DNA of 64,000 bases from the NCBI RefSeq assembly GCF_006345805.1, contig NC_043007.1, forward strand, positions 18,104,001 to 18,168,000, read 5' to 3'. The notes beneath the pieces are model-generated. The model saw only the letters and a program-made list of their open reading frames with translations, did not search any database and was not told the DNA's origin. The stretch is from Octopus sinensis (lineage: Eukaryota). The first letter of the stretch is position 1, and every line of letters begins with the position of its first letter. The position numbers and the translations under genes were made by a program. Below, in pieces: positions 51,063 to 63,529 of this stretch.

Positions 51063-52225
51063 AAGGATACACACAAACACAAACATTACATCATTAAAAA
51101 CATATTTACAATTCACAGCATTCTTATTTAAAAAAAAAAAACTCTCCCCTAAAACTAAGTTAATGAATAAGAATGATATTGTAATTAGTAGGTTCTGGTT
51201 ATTATACTGAAACACACAACCAATACTGGCACTACTAAACCAATTACTAATTTCAAGAGGTTACATAAAAGTGTTTCACAGTGAAGAAATGAAATATATA
51301 AAAGATATATATAACCTAGGATATATAAAAGATCTTTTGAAGAAGTTCAGGATGTTGAGTGGGGCACTTGGAATTAATTTTACTCACAAAAGTAGGCCAG
51401 AGATATGAATAGTTGTACATAAGCACAAATTCATGCAGACACATCTTTAGCTAGTTTAAGTTATTTTTGTTATAATCATGTGTTTCAGTCTTACTCTGTT
51501 TTAGTTTATTAAAGATTCAGCTGTCAAAGGACAATATCATCATCATCATCATCATTTAAAATTTAAGCAGATTTTTTTTTATTTATTGACAAGATGCCCT
51601 TCTTGTCCCCAACCATCACCTACTTTTTCCAAGCAGGTATTTCCCCATGGTCGGGCATGTTTTCGTGGAAGATTGCAAATGGAGGAGAATATTTGCAAGA
51701 CAGTGATACTTGCTTACGACTGATGAAGAAAAAGACAAGGAGATAGAAAGAAACACACACACACACACACGTAAACATATATCACCACCACCACCACCAA
51801 CATCATAATATCTACTTTTCCATGCTTTGCATGGGTTGGACAGAATTTATCAAGTCAGATATTTGATAGCTGGACGCCTTTCCGGTCGACAACTCTCACT
51901 TGTTTCCAAGCAAGATAATATTTAACCAAGTCCAGACATGTTCTTGAAGAACACTGGAAAAGGATGGAAACTGCTTGTATGACAATGACAATCATTTTGT
52001 GACTATCATGTTTGTGTTTCAAGACAGGGAAACACAAACATTCACACACTCACATCCATATATAGATATGACAAGCATCGTTTAGTTTCTGTCTATTAAA
52101 TCTACTCACAAGGCTTTAGTCAACCCAGGGCTCTATAGTAGAGGAAACGTGTCCAAGGTGAAATGTAATGGAACTAAACCAAGACCATGTAGTTGAGAAG
52201 CAAACTTCTCACCACACAGCCATAT

Positions 52226-52300
<75 letters not shown>

Positions 52301-52307
52301 ATATATA

Positions 52308-52780
52308 TTCGGCCTCACCGAGGCAATGATTGATGACTGAGACTTTTGGAAATATGCTGTACTTGAGAAAACCCGGCAAGCCAAATGAGACCATAACCCG
52401 TGGCCTATGCCAAGGGTGTAATCACCCACTTATGCGTACCTTTCCTTCATTGGACACTAAACTCTGCTTGCAAAGACCTGTTGAGGCAAGTGAAATCGAA
52501 ATCAAAATTCTATGACTGGCATCCGCGCTACTGGAGCGCTAAGAGCACCATCCGAGTGTGATTGTTGCCAGAGTGGCAAACTGGCTTCCATGCCGGTGGC
52601 ACATAAAAAGCACCATTTGAGCATGATCGTTACCTGCATCGCCTTACTAGCACTTGTGCTGGTAGCACGTGAAAAAACATTCGAGCGAGGTCGTTGCCAG
52701 TGCCACTGGACTGAATCCTCTGCAGGTGGCACGTAAAAAACCCCTTTTGAGCGTGGCCATTGCCAGTACTGCCTGACTTT
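52308..52780 (+). mobile_element. RTE ORF2 end plus partial 3' UTR, fused to the next copy
   Basis: GLTEAM..D...WKYAVLEKTRQAK* followed by UTR hairpin units. It starts at the edge of a (TA)n tract. Confidence 0.75.
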
Positions 52781-52784
52781 CCCA

Positions 52785-53996
52785 ATGGCACACAGGGTCC
52801 CTCAATCCCTTATCTGGTGGGCAATGCGGAAACTGGAGATTGACGAATGGTTAATAAGGGCTGTACAGGCCCTATACAGAGAGGCCATTAGTAAGGTTAG
52901 AATTGGCAATGAGTATAGTGAAGAATTCCGGGTAGAAGTAGGGGTCCACCAAGGTTCAGCCCTCAATCCCCTTTTATTCATCATAGTCCTCCAGGCAATA
53001 ACAGAGGAATTCAAGATGGGTTGCCCCTGGGAGCTCCTCTATGCTGATGACCTAGCCCTCATAGCAGAATCACTACCGGAACTAGAAAAGAAATTCCGGG
53101 TGTGGGAGCAAGGTTTAGAATCAAAAGGCCTTAGAGTCAATGTAGCAAAAACCAAAGTTCTAGTAAGTAGGAAGGTGAACTCATCACACACCTTCTCAGG
53201 TAGGTGGTGCTGCTCGATCTGTAGAAAAGGTGTAGGTAGAAACTCCATAAGATGTATCCAGTGTAAGCTATGGACACATAAGAAGTGCAGCAACATCAAA
53301 GGAAGATTAACCAATAAGATAGCTTTCGTGTGCGACAAATGCACAGGGGCAATAGATACCATAGATGCTCAGAAAACAGATTCCATCACACTCCAGGGGG
53401 AGAAACTAGAAGTAGTTAATAGCTTCCGCTACATAAGTGATCAAGTTAGTACTGGGAGTGGATGCTCAGAGAGTGTTACCACTAGAGTAAGAATAGCCTG
53501 GGCAAAGTTTAGAAAGCTTCTACCCCTACTGGTGACAAAGGGTTTCTCGCTCAGGGTGAAAGGTAGATTGTACAATGCATGGGCGCGAACTGCCATGCTT
53601 CACGGCAGTGAAACATGAGCCATGACTGCGGAGGATATGCGTAGGCTTGAAAGAAATGAAGCTAGCATGATCCATTGGATGTGTAATGTCAGTGTGCACA
53701 CATGACAGAGTGTAAGCACCCTGAGAGAAATGTTGGACATAAGAAGCATCAGATGTGGTGTGCAAGAGAGATGTTTGCACTGGTATGGTCATGTACTACG
53801 GATGGATGCAGAGAGATGTGTGAAGAAGTGCCACTCCCAAACAGTCGAAGAAATACGGGGTAGAGGTAGACCCAGGAAAACATGGGATGAGGTGGTGAAG
53901 CATGACCCTCAAACACTGGGCCTCACAGAGGCAATGATGAAAGACCAAAACCTCTGGGGATATGCTGTGACTGTGAAGACCCGACAAATAAAGTGA
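52785..53996 (+). pseudogene. 5'-truncated RTE LINE ORF2 (reverse transcriptase with an internal PHD finger), two in-frame stops
   Basis: GVHQGSALNP, LLYADD, N..KTK, FRY(LG)D, GSETW, WYGHV.RM and GRGRPRKTW motifs. ORFs 52785-53618 and 53730-53996 are in the same frame. The 3' UTR continues to about 54500. Confidence 0.92.
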
Positions 53997-54687
53997 GTCC
54001 ATGGCGTATCCTATACCAGCTTCACATAACCAGCCCCATTCAAAGTACCTTGGATCGTAGGACGACCTGCTGTGCTTATCTTGGATTGTAGGGTGACCTG
54101 CTGTGCTTGAGGAGACCCATTGAGTCATGTACATCAACATCAACATCAAAATAAAAATCAAATGGAAATTATAGATGTGATACCCATGCTGGTGGCATGT
54201 AAAAAGCACCATCCGAATGTGGCCGATGCCAGTGCTGCCTTGACTGGCTTCCTTGCCAGTGGCACATAAAAAGCACCAAGCGATCGTGGATGTTGCCAGG
54301 CTCTGTCTGGCCCCTGTGCCGGTAGCAGGTAAAAAGTACCCACTACACTCACAGAGTGGTTGGTGTTAGGAAGGGCATCCAGCCGTAGAAACACTGCCAG
54401 ATCAGACTGGGCCTAGTGCAGCCTTCTGGCTTACCAGACCCCAGCTGAACCGTCCAACTCATGCTAGCATGGAAAGCGGATGCTAAATGATGATGATGAT
54501 GTTCAGATGCCGCCATAGTCAACTTTGCTTTTCGTCTTTTCAGGATCAATAAAACACGTACCAGTTGAACACTGAAACTGATGTAACTGAGTTTCCCCCC
54601 ACTTCCCTCAAAAAATTGCTGGCCTTGTGTCAAAATTAGAAAGAATTAGTATAAGAGTATCTTATACTAGGAGTTGAATATCTTATA

Positions 54688-55095
54688 TAGGCGTAGGAGT
54701 GGCTGTGTGGTAAGTAGCTTGCTTACAAACCACATGGTTCCGGGTTCAGTCCTACTGCGTGGCACCTTGGGCAAGTGTCTTCTACTATAGCCTCGGGCCG
54801 ACCAAAGCCTTGTGAGTGGATTTGGTAGACGGAAACTGAAAGAAGCCCGTCGTATATATGTATATGTATGTATATGTTTGTGTGTGTATATGTTTGTGTG
54901 TCTGTGTTTATCCCCCCAACATCGCTTGACAACCGATGCTGGTGTGTTTATGTCCCCGTAACTTAGTGGTTCGGCAAAAGAGACCGATAGAATAAGTATT
55001 AGAATAAGACCTGGGGTCGATTTGCTCGACTAAAGGCAGTGCTCCAGCATGGCCACAGTCAAATGACTGAAACAAATAAAAGAGAAAAGAGAGTA
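54688..55095 (+). mobile_element. Nin/Deu-like SINE
   Basis: Near-consensus copy. Confidence 0.85.
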
Positions 55096-55114
55096 TAGTA
55101 ATACACACACATCT

Positions 55115-55443
55115 GAGACCCCCTTCGGTCATGACACAGAACATGGGATTGCACCTAGAAAGTTACCCTCTCTGGCACAAGTCCGGGCAAGGCTGTTTAT
55201 GGAAGACCAGCAGCCACCCATGCATACCAGCCTCCCCTCTCCATGCCACCAGTGTTATCCAAGGGAAAGACAAAGGCCGATACAGCTTGGCACCTGTGAC
55301 GTCGCAACTCGTTTCTACAGCTGAGTGAACTGGAGCAACGTGAAATAAAGTGTCTTGCTCAAGAACACAACACGCAGCCCGGTCTGGGATTCAACCTCAC
55401 GATCATAAGCTCGATGCTCTAACCACTGAGCCATGCGCCTTCA
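55115..55443 (-). mobile_element. CORE-like tRNA-derived SINE
   Basis: Minus-strand head GAAGGCGCATGGCTCAGTGGTTAGAGC, CORE-like centre, and AATACACACA-like flanking duplication. Confidence 0.7.
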
Positions 55444-55844
55444 CAATACACACACATACACAACATATTATCCAAGTGTTTTACGTATACAAAACAACTA
55501 TGAAAAGGTTCTATTTACAGTTACCGTGAAATGATTCTCTATAGATTGGTTGTGAAAAGTCTGTGGCCAAAATCTTGCCTTTGATTCTTTTGATATTATT
55601 GATTTCTTCTACGGTTACAAATTTAAGAAGAGGGAGAGCAGTCAATTGACTCATCCCAGTACTTGTCTGATAGTTATGATTTGACACATTTCAGTCGTGA
55701 CCATTTTGTTCTATTCAGGCATAGTATATCAAAAACTACATCATTCTATGTATCCTTTCATTTTTAACACAGTACAAAAGGTTTTGAAGAAGATTCAGCT
55801 GCTATTTCTAAAAGGTTAAGTGATGGCATAGCGACAACTTACTC

Positions 55845-57190
55845 TCTTACTCTCTTTTACTTGTTTCAGTTGTTTGACTGCGGCCGTGCTGGAGCACCGC
55901 CTTTAGTCGAGCAAATCGACCCCAGGACTTATTCTTTGTAAGCTTAGTACTTATTCTATCGGTCTCTTTTGCCGAACTGCTAAGTTACGGGAATGTAAAC
56001 ACACCAGCATCGGTTGTCAAGCGATGTTGGGGGGACACACACACATATACATATACTCTGCTCTTTTACTTGTTTCAGTCATTTGACTGAGGCCATGCTG
56101 GAGCACCGCCTTTAGTCGAGCAAATCAACTCCAGGACTTATTCTTTGTAAGCCTAGTACTTATTCTATCAGTCTCTTTTGCCAAACCGCTAAGTTACGGG
56201 GACGTAAACACACCACCATCAGTTGTCAAGCGATGCTGGGGGGACAAACACAGACACACAAACATATACACACACATAAATATATATACTTATATACGAC
56301 AGGCTTCTTTCAGTTTCCGTCTACCAAATCCACTCACAAGGCTTTGGTCGGCCCGGGTCTATAGTAGAAGACACTTGCCCAAGATGCCACGCAGTGGGAC
56401 TGAAACCAGAACTATGTGGTTGGTAAGCAAGCTACTTACCACACAGCCACTCCTACGCCTGGTAATTTATATAATAGGAACCTCAACTAGGGAACAAAGT
56501 AAAATACAAATAAATAGGAGCAGGAGTGGCTGTGTGGTAAGTAGCTTGCTAACCTCTGACATGTTTTTGGCAGCTGCCATTGTTGAACTTTACTAAAGGT
56601 AGGCGTTTTGTATTTTTGGACTCATTGGAAAAAAAAAAAAAAACATTGTCTAAGTGAACTCATTGGAAAAAAGAACATTGTCTTAGAGAAGCGGGGGTCG
56701 GCGGGCGCTTTCGTCTTCTCCCATCACCATCATTCATTAATGTCTGTGTCCAGCCCGTAGCAGCTATCTGTGTGCTGCCCTTGTGTCAAATTAAATAAAA
56801 TAAAGTAGCTTGCTAACCAACCACATGCTTCCGGGTACAGTCCCACAGCGTGGCATCTTGGGCAAGTGTCTTCTGCTACAGACCCGGGCCGACCAATGCC
56901 TTGTGAGTGGATTTGGTAGACGGAAACTGAAAGAAGCCCGTCGTATATATGTATGTATATATATATGTGTGTGTGTGTATGTCTGTGTTTGTCCCCCTAG
57001 CATTGCTTGACAACCGATGCTGGTGTGTTTACGTCCCCGTAACCTAGCGGTTCAGCAAAAGAGACCGATAGAATAAGTACTGGGCTTACAAAGAATAAGT
57101 CCCGGGGTCGATTTGCTCGGCTAAAGGCGGTGCTCCAGCATGGCTGCAGTCAACTGACTGAAACAAGTAAAAGAATAAAAAAAGAAAAGA
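55845..57190. mobile_element. Nin/Deu-like SINE cluster: 3' half (-), full copy (-, 56058-56460), and an interrupted copy (+, 56516-57190)
   Basis: Family matches within the window. The plus copy is split by a 248-bp insert. Confidence 0.85.
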
Positions 57191-57736
57191 ATATATATGC
57201 AGCTCAAGTCATTTATGAAATAAATTATCACCAATTCCTATGTATTCATTTGCTATTATACTAATGAATGACTTAATTGAGTACTTATATATTCCTCTAT
57301 TGGCAAACAAAACTATACACGACACTTTGGCAGATACACATCTATTTTCATATTATGTTCAACATGTTACAGAGGTATAATTATTTACTCTGTGTGAAGG
57401 GATGTTTGTTGTAACCTCCTCAAACACAAATATATGCTTGGTCAGGCATTTAGAGAAAACAATACAATAGATGAATTAAAAGGACAACACAAGATTACAA
57501 TATGACATTATCCTAAATGTTATGGTAATTTAATAATCTGAAATAAAAGATCAGAAACAAGGTTAGCACGTGCTCTATAATAATTTGTTCTTGAACACAA
57601 GGATGTTTTTTTTTGCTTTTTTTGTTTCACTTTTAAGTAAATAGAATATAGCCAATATATTCAACCCCAGCATATTAGTTTGCTATATAGTCATGCTAAA
57701 GAGGGAACTTTTACATGGCAGTTTGAACCGCTGAAA

Positions 57737-58700
57737 GTAGAAGCTAAACCTCCAACTAACAATGCGATCCCTTTCGTGACTATATTTCTGACCAAAATAC
57801 ACCCCTCATGAGTTTCAATTAAATTCTAAAATAATCATGAATCTAGGCTTGTTTCATTAAATAACTGTAACTTTTTTACTTAACATATTTAATGTGATAT
57901 TTGGAACATAATTAAAGAAAGGGTTCTTAATCAATTCTTTTGCATAACTTTTGTCTCAAAGTGACTTTAATTACAGGTAAATCCAGGTAAATTTAGCAAA
58001 AGGTAAAAATATTAAAATTTTAAATTGAGCAAAAGGTAAAAATATTAAAATTTTGTTTAAACATCACCATAGAAAATGAATCATCCACTAATATTCAAAT
58101 GGGTATGCAACAAAATTTTGATAAAGAAGAATTGTGCACATCACTAGATCATCAGTTGAATTTAATGCACAACAGGTGTACCATAAAGGTGGAATAAAGT
58201 GAAATACTGGAATCCACCGTAAGTTTGACCGAACTAAAGAAATCGATAAAAAAATAATATACGGCCCTGGTTATGGTATGGAAGTGATAAATTCCAGACC
58301 ACATCGTTTCCTAGGCCATGCTGACTAACATTATTTTCCCTGTATAAAAACTAAATCCACGCAGTACCCAGTATTTGTTTCACAAATTTTTACGAAATTT
58401 GAACCCCGATTTTGGATTTGTTTACATTCTGCGTAAGTTTGTTTCCGCATCGATCGCTTCAAACAATAACTTCCAGACCACATCGTTCCCTAAGCCATGC
58501 TGACTAACATTAGTTTCCCTGTATAAAAACTAAATCCACAACAGTACCCAGTATTTGTTTCACAAATTTTCCAATTCGGAATCAATGCTTGATAACATGA
58601 AACTCCTACCTATTTTCAAAGTTGAAGAAAAATCGATGCCGAAAAAAATGTGGAAAAAAAATCTCCCAAAATTCAGGGAAAAGGCACATTAGGTAATGTT
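57737..58700. mobile_element. Non-autonomous DNA transposon fragment (piggyBac-like start) with an internal duplication of about 100 bp
   Basis: The start resembles AACCCTTTCGTTAC. TTCCAGACC...CACAAATTTT occurs at about 58291-58390 and about 58471-58571. Confidence 0.45.
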
Positions 58701-58702
58701 GT

Positions 58703-59020
58703 TCTACTATAGCCTCGGGCCGACCAAAGCCTTGTGAGTGGATTTGGTAGACGGAAACTGAAACAAGCCCATCGTATATATGTATGTATATATATGTGTG
58801 TGTGTGTATGTCTGTGTTTGTCCCCCTAGCATTGCTTGACAACCGATGCTGGTGTATTTACGTCCCCGTAACTTAGCGGTTCGGCAAAAGAGACCGATAG
58901 AATAAGTACTGAGTTTACAAAGAATAAGTCCCGGGGTCGAGTTGCTCGACTAAAGGCGGTGCTCCAGCATGACCGCAGTCAACTGACTGAAACAAATAAA
59001 AGAATAAAAAGAATAAAAGA
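58703..59020 (+). mobile_element. 5'-truncated Nin/Deu-like SINE
   Basis: Family core and tail. Confidence 0.8.
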
Positions 59021-59659
59021 ATGTGTTAATAGAGATATGGTAACAAAAGGATTAACTTACGAGATTGCTACTTATTTTATCCATGCAGAGATATGAAAAA
59101 TAATCTTCTCTGGAGATATCAAAGTTTTCCAAAGCCAACCAAAGCTTTATGAGTGGATTTAATAGACAAAAACTGAAAGAAATCTGGTGAGTGTTTGTCC
59201 CTTCATTACTTGACAACCAGCATTGGTTGGTTTACATCTCTGTAACTTAGCACTTTGGCAAAAAGAGATAGATAGAATAAATCTCACGCTTAGTTGATAT
59301 GTTTGACTAAACTCTCAAGGCAGTACCTAGTGTAGTCACAGTCAGATTACTGAAACAGGTCAGAGGATAAAAGTTACACCTGGTAACTTTTTAAAATTGT
59401 TCAAACCAGCCAAACCTCACCTGTGTGTCAATGACATTCTAAAAATAGACTACTGTGTTACAAAAACTTTCAAAGCTGTGAGGCAGTACCTGTTCAGGTA
59501 CAAAAATGTAAATGAAAATGCATTACATTTGACAAAACAATCTGAATGCTAAAGGGTTAAATTTCTCTCCAACTCTATTATAAATGAGGATGACTGTAAC
59601 ATCAAAAGTGTTTGAAAATATTGCTAATGTGCAATCGAAACTGAATTTGAAATCGAACC

Positions 59660-60210
59660 AAATCCAACAACTGGCACCCATGCCAACCTCCCTTCATTGG
59701 ACACTAAACTCTGCTTGCGAAGACCAGTTGGGGCAAGTGAAATCAAAATTGAACCAAATTCGATAACTGGCACCTGGTCGTTGCCAGTGCCGCTGGACTG
59801 ACTCCTGTGCAGGTGGCAAGTAAAGAAACACTGTTTCGACCCTGTGCTTGAGGAGACCTATTGAGTCAGGTACATCAGCATCAAAAATCAATGGAAATTG
59901 TAGTTGTGATACCTGTGCCGGTGGCATGTAAAACGCACCATCCGAACGTGGCCGTTGCCAGCGCTGCCTTGACTGGCTTCCATGCCGGTGGCACGTAAAA
60001 AGCACCAACCAATCATGGCCATTGACAGCCTCGCCTGGCACATAAAAAGCACCCACTACACTCTTGGAGTGGTTGGCATTAGGAAGGGCATCCAGCTGTA
60101 GAAACACTGCCAGATCAGACTGGAGCCTGGTGCAGCCTTCTGGCTTCCCAGACCCCAGTTGAACCAGCTAACCCATGCTAGCATGGAAAAAGGACGTTAA
60201 ACGATGATGA
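59660..60210 (+). mobile_element. RTE 3' UTR copy
   Basis: Same UTR as 54000-54500. Confidence 0.8.
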
Positions 60211-60257
60211 TGTGCCTATGCATAATGCCACTATAAATGTTTTGCAGGCTATATGCA

Positions 60258-60484
60258 TTAACCCTTTCGTTACTGTATTTATTTCGAGATGCTCCGTGTT
60301 TCTTTCAATTACTTTAAATATAACAAAGAATTTAGTAAAATAACTTAATTATCATTCAGTTGGTGTTAGGAACATAAATTGTGACTAAAGTTTGGTGGAA
60401 GATTCTAATTCAAAACTTATGAAAACAAGACATTTGTACTCAGAGCCAGAACCGGTTTCAGCCAGGTTGGTAATGAAAGGATTA
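60258..60484. mobile_element. piggyBac-type MITE monomer (inverted)
   Basis: TTAACCCTTTCGTTAC...GAAAGGATTAA. Confidence 0.7.
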
Positions 60485-61009
60485 AAGCAAAGAATGAAGT
60501 ATATGTGTGACATCTTTTGACTACTTGTAAGCAAGAGTTTAATGAACCACTAGACAAATATTAAAGCTTATTTAACACTAACTTTAAAGCAGTAACTGCC
60601 GTGTCGCATAAGGATGCTTTTATTCTTCATCACAGATAAAGCAACGTTTACTTGAAGTAACACTCTAGATATGTAGATTGCCTATGAGCAAGTATATACT
60701 CTGGAAATGACTGAAAAACACTCAGCACTTTTTGCATAACCCCTTTCAATTAATGCAGCTGTAGCCAAGCCTTCAAAATCTCAGTGGGAAAATACTGGTC
60801 ATATACTTTCAGGTCACTCTTCAACAGTTCCAGAAGTTATCACTAAGTGCTTTTTTTTTTTTTTTCTGCAGTTTAAAGACATCCCCAGTCAAAATGTTCC
60901 ACCAAGTTGATGCTATGTAATAACTGTGGTAAGAAGGACATTGCACCAAAGTAGGTCAATCACTTCAATCTACAACTGCAGAGGTATCCACAATAGCTAC
61001 TCTGTCTGT

Positions 61010-61840
61010 TGCCACACCTCACTATGCATACTCGACAGAGTGTAAGTAACTTGAGAGAAAAGTTGGACTTAAGAAGCATCAGATGTAGTGTGCAAGAGAG
61101 ACAACTGCACTGGTATGGTCATGTGGTGAGAATGGATGAGGATAGCTGTGTGAAAAAGTGCCACACCCTAGCGGTTGAGGGAACCTGTGGAAGAGGTAGA
61201 TGAAGTGGTGAAGCACGACCTTCGAACATTAGGCCTCACTGAGGCAATGACCAGTGACCAAGAATTTTGGAAATATGCTGTGCTTGAGAAGACCCGGCAA
61301 GCCAAATGAGACCATAACCTTGTGGCCTATGCCAGGGGTGTAACCAACCCACTTATGCGTACCTTCCCTTCAATGGAAACTGCTTGTGAAGACCTGTTGA
61401 GGCAAGTGAAGTCGGAATCAAAATCAAATTTGATGACTGGCATCCGTGCTAGTGGAGCACTAAGAGCACCATCCGAGGGTGATCATTGCCAGAGTGGCTA
61501 ACTGGCGTTTATGCTGGTGGCATGTATAAAGCACCATTCGAGGGTGATCGTTACCAGTGTTGCCTTACTGGCACTTGTGCCGGTGTAAAGGTGACATGTA
61601 AAAAAAAAAACCACGATTTTCCGTGATCGTTGCCAGTACTGCCTGACTGGCCCTCGTGCCGGTGGCACGTAAAAGCACCCACTACACTCTCAGAGTGGTT
61701 GGCGTTAGGAAGGGCATCCAGTCGTAGAAACTCTGCCAAATCAGATTGGAGCCTAGTGCAGCCATCTGGTTTGCCAGTCCTCAGTCAAATCGTCCAACCC
61801 ATGCTAGCATGGAAAGCAGACGTTAAACAATGATGATGAT
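61010..61840 (+). mobile_element. 5'-truncated RTE LINE (ORF2 end plus 3' UTR)
   Basis: RQSVSNLREKLDLRSIRC...WYGHVVRM...GRGR, with a deletion after GRGR. Confidence 0.85.
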
Positions 61841-62229
61841 GTTATAGATATGAGAATAAATGGAAGGAAAGCCAATGACACAGGAAACTTGGAAAGCTTC
61901 CTTAACAAGGAACATCCAAATCCATCTAGTGGTAGCTACATCTCTTCTTACTTTTAAGGTTAGTACAATATATCCAAGTTATTGTAGAATTTTTGAATGA
62001 TTAGATATGATTTCGTTACATTCTTTATCATCTCCAATCTTTGTTGTGATGTCATCTTGGGAAAAATGTAAGACTAACCCTATTCCAACAGTCTGTGGTT
62101 TCACAACTGCTTCTGTCCCACCGACATCTCTTTTTGATACTCTCAGAGCTGATTGCAAACACATAACTGTAAAATCAAAACGACTTTCTCTGGACAGCCA
62201 GAGATCTATAAATTCTAAGGTTACATGTT

Positions 62230-62467
62230 AGTTAGTTAATTTTTGGCTCAAAAAGCAAAAAGCAAGGCCATGTAGGGGGACATGGAGTTATGTACAGGGT
62301 GGTGTTCATGTAAAGAGTTCAGGCCACTTGTGGTCAAGGGAGACTTTGAACCGAGCGGTCGTCGGCATCTTCACCATCTCGTCTGGCAGCTTATTCCACG
62401 GATCCGCAACCTGGACGGAGAAAGCCCCTCTCCTTCGATTGAGATGAAATCGTCGCAGATAGAGCTT
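62230..62467 (-). mobile_element. CR1-type LINE 3' end nested in the gypsy relic
   Basis: Minus frame RRRGAFSVQVADPWNKLPDEMV...FKVSLD, (TAAC)n tail, and 9-bp TSD TTACATGTT. Confidence 0.75.
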
Positions 62468-62928
62468 TTACATGTTTGTTAAAGGAGGATATTAGTGAAG
62501 CAAGTCTCCTTGGAGGGCTCAGGTGTTGATTACATCCAGTGATAAACACAAGCACCATACGGCCATTGATTATACAGACAATAAATCACTATACTTTGTT
62601 AGATGCCTACACTGTATCAAAGATTGAGGAAACAGTCAGAAAAGTAACACAATGTCTTCAGTACACTTGACTCATAAAGTGGAGTGGAGATATAAAAAAA
62701 AAAAGAGAGAGGCTTTACACTGCATTTGCAGCTGGTCATTGTGTGTACCAATTCAGACGGATTCTTAGCTTTCAATGTATAATTGATAACATAATTGATA
62801 AAGGAGGAGTCACAGTCACCTTTGCATACATTGACAATGTAAATGTTTGTGGTCAGAACCAGAGTGCCCATGATCACAACATGAAGACATTCTTAGACGC
62901 AGTGAGCAAGACACAACCTTAAATGTAT

Positions 62929-63170
62929 TAATCCATTTGGCTGCAGGATCAAGAATGGATTAACTAAACCAAATCCAAAATGAGGAATATGCCAAATCCA
63001 AAATATGCCAAATCCAAAATGCCGCTGGAATAAGGAGTGGTTGGAGATCACGCAGTCGTTAGCCTCAAATCGCCAGGCCTGGTTGGCGTTTGTGAGAGAT
63101 GCAGCACTGAGGATGAATGAAGGCAGCTCAACCCACCCCGGGTGAATGCTGTCTCAAGACAAGAAGACAA
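62929..63170 (+). mobile_element. RTE-like 3' end nested in the gypsy relic
   Basis: Related to 48640-48930; 8-bp TSD AAATGTAT. Confidence 0.65.
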
Positions 63171-63529
63171 AATGTATACAACAACTACTCGATCTTCCTC
63201 AACACAAACACACGACATCTATGAAACATGCAATGCGCATGTTTGCTTACTACTCACACTGGATTCTGGAATTTGCCGAGAAACTCCACCCTTTGATTAC
63301 TGCCAGATGCTTTCAGCACTGACTGTTTTTGAACATCTAAAGCAAGACATTGTCAACTCTGGTGCAAAAGCTGTTGATCCCACTGTACTACAGGTGGTTG
63401 AGACCGATGCCTCAGATCATGCCATTGCTGCCACCCTATATCAATCAGGACACCCAGTTGTTTTCTGGTAAAGAACACCTTCAGCTTGTGAGCAGAGACA
63501 ATTTTCTGTGGAAAAGGAAGCCTATTCTA

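Larger units (their letters stand above)
61852..63525 (+). mobile_element. Decayed Ty3/gypsy pol (protease, RT, RNase H) with two nested LINE fragments
   Basis: Protease DTGNLESF and NLCCDVILG; PPTSLF...DCKHITVKSKR; SPWRAQV; FTAF; RT FAYIDNV; RNase H VETDASDHAIAATL and VEKEAY. Confidence 0.85.
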
